NCBI GenBank assembly: GCA_963714275.1
Contig: CAVQNT010000005.1
Coordinates: forward strand, 64,001-128,000
Length of the DNA: 64,000 bases
From: Candidatus Bathyarchaeota archaeon
GTDB taxonomy: Archaea > Thermoproteota > Bathyarchaeia > Bathyarchaeales > DTEX01
Reading direction: 5' to 3'
The notes under the pieces are model-generated. The model was not told where the DNA came from and searched no databases. It saw nothing but the letters and a program-made list of their open reading frames with translations. Each line of letters begins with the position of its first letter. Position 1 is the stretch's first letter. This document shows, piece after piece, positions 55,557 through 64,000 of this stretch. A program made the translations under genes and the position numbers.

Positions 55557-56526
55557 CTAATCACCTTTAGGTTTGAAGTACGGTATCACCTTTTCGGCGT
55601 AAAGTCGAAGGGTTTCATGGTTCGTCGGAACAATTTTTACAATAATATGTTCAGCTCCTGCCTTCACGTATTCCTCAATTCTGCTTATCCATTCATCGGG
55701 GTCTCCGACTAAACAGATTTCCTCAATGTCTTTAAGGGTTAAGTTAGGTCTCACTGCACGTCTTCTTTCTGGCAGGATTTGTTCTTCAGCTGTTTTCCGC
55801 GCCTTTTCAGAGTCTGAAGATATGCTGGCATAGGCGTAGTATCCTGCTTCGATCTGTTCGCTTTTTTTGCCAATTTTTCTTGCATGCTTCCGTATAATGC
55901 TTAGCTTTTGACGGTATTCTTCCACGGTTGGGTTAGGTATGACCCAGCCGTCTCCCAGTTCAGCTGTTAACTTCAGCATGCGTGGACCTGAGCTTCCGAT
56001 CCAAATGGGCGGATGAGGTTTCTGAAGGGGTTTAGGTAAACAGGTGCCGTCTTTGATCTTGTAGAATTTTCCATCGTAATTGACTGAGGGCTTCTCCCAC
56101 AGCATCCTAACTATCTCTACAGCCTCGTGCATCACGCTTGTTTTTCTTTCGAAGGGGAACCCGAAGGCTTCGAATTCTTTTTTGTACCATCCAGCTCCCG
56201 ACTCCCAGGATGAAGCGACCGCCCGATATTATGTCCAATGTGGCTCCTGCTTTGGCGATAAGCGCGGGGTGACGGAATGGAGCGCAGACAACCTTTGTTC
56301 CAATCGTCAATTTTTTGGTTCTCGCAGCTACAGCGGATAATGAGGCAAACACTTCCAGCGAACCTTTGTTCGGAACGGTGTACATGAGGTGGTCTGACAT
56401 CCAAACGGAGTCGAGGCCAAGTTTTTCTGCGAGTTGAGCTGTCTCAACAATCTCGTTAAACGTACTGTATTCCCAAGGCCAAATCGTCAAATCCAACCCG
56501 AACTTTACCATACGTTGTTTCACCAA
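55557..56526 (-). CDS. LLM-class F420-dependent oxidoreductase (frameshift near 56200)
   Basis: VWMSDH, RHPALIAK, SGGRFILG, PKPLQKPHPPIWIG. Confidence 0.9.
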
Positions 56527-56995
56527 GTCTCAACATAGGAGATGTCTGAAGACTTAATGTATCTCTAAAAATGTTTATTTATTTTTGTATTTTTTATGTT
56601 TACGCTTTATTTTCTATTATTTAGTTGATTAATGTTATTCACTTTAGAATTATGTGTTTCAGCATCTCTGGCAGGTCTGATTTGTTCATCATCCGAGTTT
56701 CAATTTTATGTAACATATCGCAACCTAAAAAGACCTGTCTGTTTTGCAGCGCACCTGTTCTGTTGTTTTTGGGCGCAAACATAGACACGTGTTTGTTTCG
56801 TTAGTCGTGATGGTTTTTTAATTATACAAAATGTTTGTCATGCAAACGGAAAACTTGTTTTTCACACAAAACAGACCAGATGGGAACGCTTGAGCCTGCT
56901 GTTCTACGAAGTTTCCGTGGATTCCGTTTGTGAATGTCTTAAATAGAATAGAAGCAAATATTATTTCCAAACGCATACATTGTTAGTGCAAAAAA

Positions 56996-57427
56996 TTGAG
57001 CGAACAAGGAGTCTCCGACCGTCTCGAAGAGGTCAGCAAGAAACTGGATACCATAATGCGGAGACTCGATGTTCTGGAAACGATGGTTCTCGAAAAACCT
57101 GAGTACGCTGAAGTTGCCTCCTCACTTAGGCTTGTTAGGCTCGGGGTAAGATTGTACGACGAGCCGATCAAGGTTTTGTCGCGCCTGAAATTGGCTGAAC
57201 GGTACATCAAGGAAACACGGATTTCGAAAGACGAGATTTCCCGCTGCATCGTTCAAGCCTTAGCCCTGAAAGGTCCGCTGAACACGTCCGCAATCACCCG
57301 CGAAGTCGAGACGATGAGGGGCAAAGCGTCAAGAAGAATCGTCAGAGCCAGACTCAAAAACCTCGAAAAAATGTATGTCGTCCGCCAAGTGGAAGGGTTC
57401 GGAACAAAATACGAACTCATCGAGTAA
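56996..57427 (+). CDS. Coiled-coil plus winged-helix protein
   Basis: N-terminal heptads; GPLNTSAITRE...ASRRIVRARLKNLE. Confidence 0.65.
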   Translation: MSEQGVSDRLEEVSKKLDTIMRRLDVLETMVLEKPEYAEVASSLRLVRLGVRLYDEPIKVLSRLKLAERYIKETRISKDEISRCIVQALALKGPLNTSAITREVETMRGKASRRIVRARLKNLEKMYVVRQVEGFGTKYELIE

Positions 57428-57548
57428 ACATAAATGATAAATTCTGAGGATGCTAGGAACATTATAATAGTTTTCAGTAGGCTTGGCGATAACATCAGTT
57501 ACACCGAAATTATTGGGAAATATATACTTACACGGAAATTTTATTAAT

Positions 57549-58544
57549 ATGATTAAATTCGGGTATCGCGCTGTTGAGGAGAAATATCAGCCCAGCCAAT
57601 TGTTAACCTATGCTGCATTAGCTGAAAAACAGGGCTTCGAATTCGTTTGCATAAGCGACCATTTCTTACCTTGGTTCCATAAGGATGGACATTCGGGGCA
57701 CGCTTGGATATGGATAGCTGCTGCTGGGGCAAAAACAAAAAAGGTTCGTCTGGGCACTGGCGTCACGACCTGCATCTACAGGTATCACCCCGCAATCGTC
57801 GCCCAAGCCTTCGCATCACTGGATGAACTGTATCCGGGTAGAATTTTTCTCGGCATGGGAACAGGAGAGGCAATGAACGAGGAACCAATAGGTCTCAATT
57901 GGCCTTCTTTTGATGAAAGGCTCGAGAGAACGGTGGAGGCGGTAAAGATCATAAAGTCTCTTTGGGAGAAAGACTTCGTGGATTTTAAAGGAAAGTATTA
58001 CAATTTAAGAAAGACAAACCTATATACTAAGCCGATGAAGAAAATCCCTATCTACTTTGCCGCTTCTGGAACCAGAGCGTCCAGAGCTTCTGGCAGACTT
58101 GGGGATGCCCTTATGACAACTGATTTTGACCGCGAACGCGTTCTTCGGATTTTTGCTTCTTTCGAGGAAGGCGTGAAGGAGAGCGGAAGAAGGATCGAAG
58201 ACATGCCCAAAATGGTAGAGATGAAAGTATCCTACGACGAAGACTACGATAGGGCACTGGACTCGCTTTCAGTCTGGAAGGCAACAACCATTCCAGGCAT
58301 CTTCAGCAGACCCATCAGTGACCCGAGAGAACTTGACAAAATGGGAGAGACAGTTGACCCTGCGCAACTGGCAGGAAAAGTCTACACCAACATGGAACAT
58401 CTCATACGGAAAATCGAGGAATACGTCGAAATCGGCTTCAACGAAATACAGGTCGGCAGCTCCAGCCCAGACGAACAAAAGTTCATACGAGAATTTGGCA
58501 AAAAAGCTCTACCGTATCTTCAAGAAAAATATTCCTCAGTTTAA
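57549..58544 (+). CDS. F420-dependent LLM oxidoreductase (FGD/Adf-like)
   Basis: ISDHFLPW, GTGVT, RYHPAIVAQAFA, GMGTGEAMNE. Confidence 0.9.
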   Translation: MIKFGYRAVEEKYQPSQLLTYAALAEKQGFEFVCISDHFLPWFHKDGHSGHAWIWIAAAGAKTKKVRLGTGVTTCIYRYHPAIVAQAFASLDELYPGRIFLGMGTGEAMNEEPIGLNWPSFDERLERTVEAVKIIKSLWEKDFVDFKGKYYNLRKTNLYTKPMKKIPIYFAASGTRASRASGRLGDALMTTDFDRERVLRIFASFEEGVKESGRRIEDMPKMVEMKVSYDEDYDRALDSLSVWKATTIPGIFSRPISDPRELDKMGETVDPAQLAGKVYTNMEHLIRKIEEYVEIGFNEIQVGSSSPDEQKFIREFGKKALPYLQEKYSSV

Positions 58545-58647
58545 ATTCCCTATAATTCCATGTTTATTAATAATACATCCATCAATGAAGAATAACATAA
58601 AAAAAATAGTCTAATCTGGTCACTTTTGCCCATAATGGTTAACATGG

Positions 58648-59058
58648 GTGACCACACTAAGTATTGTTCAGCAAACAATGGAGGTGTTAAAAGAAATGCC
58701 AGAAGACCCAGAAGAAGTTGAAAAGATTCTAAAGACAGTCTCCGACATGGTTCCGACACTAGTAAAAGGCGTGTTAGGAGCAATCTTCTCGCCTGAAGCT
58801 GGAAAAAACATGGGCGCCGCAGCAGCAAACTTCTATAAGGAAGTGAAAGCTGGTGGACTACCGGAAGACGTCGCTGTTAAAATGACTCAAGACTACATGA
58901 AGACCTTCACAGACATCGGAAGCCTAATCAAAGATCTTTCCAGTCAAAAAGGAGGCATACATATCGGGGATGGATCAAGCAAAGACGAAGTATCAAAAAT
59001 AGTCGATGAAGAAATCCGCAAGAAGGTAGCGGAAAAACAAGAGCAAAAAACCGTTTAA
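58648..59058 (+). CDS. Conserved hypothetical protein
   Basis: FYKEVKAGGLPEDVAVKMTQDY helical hairpin; T-rich tract after the stop. Confidence 0.65.
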   Translation: MTTLSIVQQTMEVLKEMPEDPEEVEKILKTVSDMVPTLVKGVLGAIFSPEAGKNMGAAAANFYKEVKAGGLPEDVAVKMTQDYMKTFTDIGSLIKDLSSQKGGIHIGDGSSKDEVSKIVDEEIRKKVAEKQEQKTV

Positions 59059-59083
59059 ATCCCCTTTTTTTGAGGGAAACAAG

Positions 59084-59345
59084 TTGGAGATAAAGACAAT
59101 CGTGACCGTCATCAAAGGCAGCTACTACATCCTGAAGATGGCTGGAAGCCTATTGACCGCATGGCTGACTTTAGGCTGGCGCGTTAGAAGAGCACGGAAA
59201 TCCTTCGAAAAACAACTAATCAAAGGCGGAATGGCAAGAGAAGACGCTGAACAGATAAGCGAAGTCTACTCAGACTTTAAGGACCAAATGATGGGAGCTG
59301 TAAAGGGCGCTTTTTCGAAAGTCAGAAATCCCCTAACAAAAACAG
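59084..59345 (+). CDS. Hypothetical protein, paralogue-like of the upstream gene (true end uncertain)
   Basis: FEKQLIKGGMAREDAEQISEVY echoes the upstream motif; ORF read-through into lipS1 is probably an indel. Confidence 0.55.
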
Positions 59346-60347
59346 TCACTCGCCATCAACCAACACAACATCCGAATAAACCAATGAACAACATAAGTCT
59401 AGAAAACTTTACATTGAGCCCCAGATTCTCCGCAGCCTTCACAGCTTCAACTGTTGGAAAAGCTATAGCGTTGACTCCAGCTTCAATAGCCAAAACATCG
59501 ATATCCGACCTAAGTTTCCCTTTTGGTCTAGCACACCCTAAGGCAATCGGAACCTTAGGCATAATGGACCTTGCTTTAACCAGCACGTCGGCAACAATTT
59601 CTAGAGAGGGTGGCTTAACATTCTCCATTCTTGTTCCCCGAATCGGGAAAAACACAATCAGTATCAAAGCTGAAGGCTGGAATTCAGTCTATCATCTCTA
59701 AAGCGTTCAGTTCACCTTTTAATTCGCCATAGTGCAATCCGACTAGAACGTGCGGAGTGAAGGGTATCCCAGAGAATTTTAAGGCAAGCAAGCTTTGGTG
59801 GTAATCCTTGGTTGTCGCATCAACGTGGTAAACTTCCTTCGCCGTCTCTTCGGAGCCTAAGATGTCGATTGAAACCGCGTCAACTCCAGACTTTTTTTAG
59901 CCTATTCGCTGTATAAATATCTATAAGACCCGAATGAACCACAATAGTCAGCCCAAACTTTTTGGCTTCAGTAATCGCATCAACAAATCCGCTTATTGGC
60001 ACCGACCCGTCTGGAAGACACCCACCGCTTATTAGGCAGCCAACAGCTCCCTTTGCCTTAATCTTCTTGCACGTTTCAACCAAAGTCTGGGGCGATGTGG
60101 CTGGAATCATTGTCTCTAAAAGTTTTCCTCCACAATGGCTGCAGTTCAACGAACAGGAGCTTCCAGTAATCGAAATCGAAGGAAAAGCATTCCGCGAAGA
60201 CCGAAAATATTTGTTTTCGTAGTGAACGAATCCTGGCGCATAAAAACAGATTCTTTTCCCAAAATACTTCCAACTAAGAAGCCGTGCCTGTTTAACTCGT
60301 TCTTTAAAATCACTGGGCATCTGCGAATAATCAATCATAACATGCAT
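59346..60347 (-). CDS. lipS1: Archaeal lipoyl synthase subunit LipS1-like radical SAM (three frameshifts)
   Basis: SITGSSCSLNCSHC, LISGG, ALGCARP, terminal CC after frame correction. Confidence 0.8.
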
Positions 60348-60454
60348 CTGTTCTTTAATTCAGATTAAAAGATTTTGTCAATTATGGAATAATTTCAAAC
60401 ACTAAAAAAGAGTAAAGCCATGACAAATCCTAGACAGTGAAAAGAGGGTCTATT

Positions 60455-61415
60455 TTACTCGTTTTTTGTTCTACCAATCAGGGAAGCAATCATTAAAGGC
60501 AAAAGAACCGTGGCGTCTCCCTCGATAGTCACCTGCTTTGCGGCTTCCTTCACTTTCCCCCAAGAAATAGCCTCTCTGACTTGAGCCCCGGAAAGGCTGC
60601 CGTCCCACTCAACAGCGGTCGTAACGTAAACGGCGTAGTCGAGCCCTCCTTTGAACTGGTTCCACCAAATAACGTGGTGCTTCGAAATTCCGCCCCCAAT
60701 AACAAAAGCCCCCGTCTTCTTGGAATCAAAAATCAGGTCGTTGAGTTCCTGCTCGTCCTTCAGAACGTCGATTTTCAGTTTATGGTCCTGACTGAAAAGC
60801 CAAATCTGGTAACCCACAGCTCCATCTGTCAACCCCGGAATGTAGACTGGAACCCTATTTTTTGCTGCCCAATAAAGAATCGACTCTTCGTTGCACAGTC
60901 TTTCCCCAATTTTCCAGCAGAGCTCACGGCTCGATATTTCGCGGATGCCTTCGTCCCAAAGAGTTGAAAGGAGCTCCTGCATCTTTTTTTCGATGATTAT
61001 TCCGTAGCTGTCGTTTGGCACCAGAATGTTTCCGAGTCGGTTCACGTTTTTTCTGTGAAGCTCGCCTATCATCCAAGTTAAAGGAGCCTCGGTAATAGTC
61101 CTTCCAGCACCGCGCCAAGTCATGGTCAAGGGTTCCACAAGTGGTCACAACAACATCGGCGAAGCGGCGTTTCACCATTTCCCTGATGACGCCTCTCGTC
61201 CCAGTTGCTACGATGCAGGCGGGGAAAGAAAAGAATTTGGTGCACTTTTTGTCGGCAACCATGTTTTCCAGAACATCGATTCCTGTCACAACCTTTTCTG
61301 CTGAGAATCCCCACGAACCCCGCATCTGGTCAACAAGTTCCTCAACGGACATGCCTCGACTAAGGCGAAAGTCCTTAACAGCGTCGTAATCAACAGTCAA
61401 CTTTACAGTCTCCAC
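60455..61415 (-). CDS. dys: Deoxyhypusine synthase (frameshift near 61068)
   Basis: TTCGTLDHD, NRLGN, GGGISKH, DGSLSGA, EAISWGK. Confidence 0.94.
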
Positions 61416-61602
61416 GTTTTGATTCGACCGAAAAGTAGGCTCAAGACTCCTATAATCGTTACGGAAACCTAATTAGACAGCAAACAACTCTGGAATCTTG
61501 ATCGTTCATGAACAACCCAAAATAGTATAGTTGCGTATTTTTTAGGTAGTATAAGGTTCTTATAATGACCGTTACGTTCACGCGACAATGAGGTTTAACT
61601 GA

Positions 61603-62601
61603 ATGACTGTGGAAGAAATCCCTAGAAAAATCAGGATATCAGTCGGTTCAGCCATAATCTTAGGTTTGACCGAAGGCTGGTTGAATACCTTACTAACCAC
61701 AATATACATATTGACCTATAAACGCGGCAAATGTTCCGCCAGCTGCACCTTCTGTCCACAGTCAAAAACAAGCAGCGGAAGGGCAGACATGCTTTCAAGA
61801 GTCATCTGGCCAGAGTTCCCCACCGAGAAAGTTGTTGCACGCATCGCAGAAGCCCACAAAAAAGGCAACGTTCAAAGAGTGTGCATTCAAGCCCTAAACT
61901 ACCCGAACGTCCAGAGAGACTTGATAAACATAGCCAGATCAATACGTGGCACATGCGGAATACCGATATCGGTTTCCTGTCAACCCCTATCTCAAAAAAA
62001 GATACAAGCATTAGCTGAAGCTGGCGTCAACCGCATAAGCGTTGCCTTGGACGCTACGACAGAGAAACTGTTCGATGAAGTGAAGGGTGCTTCAGCTGGA
62101 GGACCATACAGATGGAGGAATCACCTGAAGTCCTTGGAAGAGACTGTTCAGATTTTTGGGAGAAACAACGTTTCTACGCACTTGATTGCTGGACTAGGAG
62201 AGCAAGAAGAAGATTTCATCAAGTTAATCCAGAAATGCGTCGACATGGGCGTCTATCCCGCTATTTTCGCTTTCACACCTGTTCCTGGCACAATCATGGA
62301 GCACAATCCGCCACCACCGATTGAAATTTACCGTAGAATGCAGCTTGCACAATACTTGATTACTCATGGTTTGTCTCGTTACGAGGAGATGAGGTTTGAG
62401 AAGAGGTGTCTAGTGGACTTCGGGCTTCAAAAAACCAATTTGTTAGAAATCGTAAAAACTGGTGAGCCGTTTCGAACTTCGGGTTGTCCAGGATGTAACA
62501 GACCGTATTATAATGAACGTCCAGGAGGCACCATCTACAATTACCCCAAAAAACCTACAAAAAACGGAATAGCGGAGATTGAAAAAGTTTTATGTTTGTA
62601 A
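61603..62601 (+). CDS. lipS2: Archaeal lipoyl synthase subunit LipS2-like radical SAM
   Basis: CSASCTFC, LSRVIWP, C-terminal TSGCPGCNRP. Confidence 0.82.
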   Translation: MTVEEIPRKIRISVGSAIILGLTEGWLNTLLTTIYILTYKRGKCSASCTFCPQSKTSSGRADMLSRVIWPEFPTEKVVARIAEAHKKGNVQRVCIQALNYPNVQRDLINIARSIRGTCGIPISVSCQPLSQKKIQALAEAGVNRISVALDATTEKLFDEVKGASAGGPYRWRNHLKSLEETVQIFGRNNVSTHLIAGLGEQEEDFIKLIQKCVDMGVYPAIFAFTPVPGTIMEHNPPPPIEIYRRMQLAQYLITHGLSRYEEMRFEKRCLVDFGLQKTNLLEIVKTGEPFRTSGCPGCNRPYYNERPGGTIYNYPKKPTKNGIAEIEKVLCL

Positions 62602-62638
62602 CCACATAAAGGGATTGAGTCACAATGGAGGATCGAAG

Positions 62639-63478
62639 ATGAAAATTTTCGTTGACACCGCGGAAATCGAGGAGATAAAGACTGCCATTTCTTGGGGGAT
62701 AGTGAACGGCGTAACGACTAATCCTTCGCTGATCAAAAAAGCCGTGGATAAAAGGCAAGGTAAAGTCACAATGGCGGAATACATCGAAGAAATCGTAAAA
62801 ATCACCCCCGGACCAGTCAGCCTTGAAGTTCTCGGGGGAACAGCTAACGAAATGATCACGCAGGGAAGGCTGCTTTACAAAAAGTTCAGCCCTTACGGAA
62901 ATGTTGCGATAAAAATACCCGTGAATCCGAGCTTACAAGAAAACGATGGTCTTGAATTCGACGGGTTGAGGGCAATAAAGCATCTCAGCAACGAAGACAT
63001 ACCGGTCAATGTGACTTTGATCATGACTCCTGAACAGGCATTGCTTGCAGCCAAAGCTGGAGCAGCTTATGCAAGTCCCTTCGCAGGCAGAATAGACGAT
63101 TACATACGGATAAAAATGGGGCTGAAGCTAGGAACGGATTTCCAGAAAGACTCTTACTTTGACTCGAATCTCGCGAGAAAGGCTTGTGAAAAGAAAACTG
63201 TGGAGATGGGGCAAGACAACGGAGTCTGGAGTGGAGTAGACCTTGTGGCCAGAATCCTGAGAATCTATCAAAACTATGGGTTCAAAACAGAGGTCATCGC
63301 TGCCAGCATCAGAAATCCCCGTCAAGCAAGGGAAGTTGCGGAGTTAGGAGTTCACATAGCAACCCTACCGTTTGAGGTTATTCAAGGAATTGTTACGCAT
63401 GTCAAAACAATTGAGGGAATACGGAGTTTCACAGCTGACATCGTTCCTCCTTACCGAGACCTGTTTGGTCGTGAATAA
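62639..63478 (+). CDS. tal: Transaldolase/FSA family protein with internal insertion
   Basis: FVDTA, GVTTNPSL, IKIP, VNVTL, SPFAGR, AASIR. Confidence 0.88.
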   Translation: MKIFVDTAEIEEIKTAISWGIVNGVTTNPSLIKKAVDKRQGKVTMAEYIEEIVKITPGPVSLEVLGGTANEMITQGRLLYKKFSPYGNVAIKIPVNPSLQENDGLEFDGLRAIKHLSNEDIPVNVTLIMTPEQALLAAKAGAAYASPFAGRIDDYIRIKMGLKLGTDFQKDSYFDSNLARKACEKKTVEMGQDNGVWSGVDLVARILRIYQNYGFKTEVIAASIRNPRQAREVAELGVHIATLPFEVIQGIVTHVKTIEGIRSFTADIVPPYRDLFGRE

Positions 63479-63536
63479 AAGTGATTAGCTGCAAAAAGTG
63501 CTGTTGCTTATCCAATGATTTTGAAGGATGAAACAT

Positions 63537-64000
63537 TTGGCTCGCACAATCGAAGTTAGCAATGGCTGTAAAGTTATCTTTGACGATTTCCGAAATGTCA
63601 AGCTCGATGAGTACGCTGACTTAATTTTCGCGGACCCCCCGTTCGGCATCGATTTTCGAGGTAACCTGCAGACTTACCACAGGACGCCTGACGCATTATC
63701 CTATAAAGAGGTGTCTTTGGATGAGTATCCCAAATTCATGAAAAGCTTGTTGAACTGGTCGTATGCGACGTTAAAACCTTCTGGAAGCATGTGGCTGCTT
63801 TCAGGCTGGAACAACCTCGGCATTGTACATCAAGCCATTGAGGAAGTAGGATTCTACATTTTAAACCACTGCATCTGGAGGTACCAGTTCGGCGTCTTCA
63901 CGAAAAAAAGGTTCACAACGTCCCATTACCACCTTTTACTTTTAGTCAAGGACATGAAAGATTACGTGTTCAATAAGCCTCAACACTATGCAGAGGACGT
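63537..64000 (+). CDS. N4/N6 DNA methyltransferase, beta class (3' truncated by window)
   Basis: LIFADPPFG, LKPSGSMW, IWRY. Confidence 0.85.
   Translation, partial: MARTIEVSNGCKVIFDDFRNVKLDEYADLIFADPPFGIDFRGNLQTYHRTPDALSYKEVSLDEYPKFMKSLLNWSYATLKPSGSMWLLSGWNNLGIVHQAIEEVGFYILNHCIWRYQFGVFTKKRFTTSHYHLLLLVKDMKDYVFNKPQHYAED

Noticed and set aside
59345-59701. Long overlap of the plus-strand ORF 59084-59701 with lipS1
   Set aside because: The extension is antisense shadow sequence, probably from a missed stop caused by an indel
1-64000. Many split genes (acd, infB, GH1, trpB2, glmS, mgtA, purM, DUF763, PanK, lipS1, dys) as programmed frameshifts, introns or pseudogenes
   Set aside because: Each junction I examined is repaired by a single-base indel, essential genes are affected, and there is no shared slippery or BHB motif; this pattern fits long-read consensus error. 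Only pcm has a multi-base structured insert.

Overview
This window is archaeal chromosomal DNA, most consistent with Bathyarchaeia (inferred from gene content and integrase style). Housekeeping genes include aIF5B, ftsZ, trpB2, glmS, rpiA, a purine cluster, a CoA cluster, a long Rpo5, lipS1/lipS2, deoxyhypusine synthase and transaldolase. Many genes are split by single-base indels that look like long-read consensus errors. Main highlights: (1) a 30-nt bulge-helix-bulge (BHB) intron with an in-frame stop inside the protein-coding pcm gene, whose removal restores the conserved SAPHM motif; (2) four tRNA genes that all carry introns (five in total, two at non-canonical sites); (3) a ~4.7-kb element with two tyrosine recombinases and a cassette of tiny Zn-finger/basic genes, inserted into a ChbG/YdjC gene with a readable att core and inverted arms; (4) a decayed ~12-kb island at tRNA-Met; (5) three tandem surface-protein paralogues with duplicated promoters; (6) a dispersed AAACGGAAAAC/CAAAACAGAC motif. 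All calls come from reading the sequence; no database searches were run.
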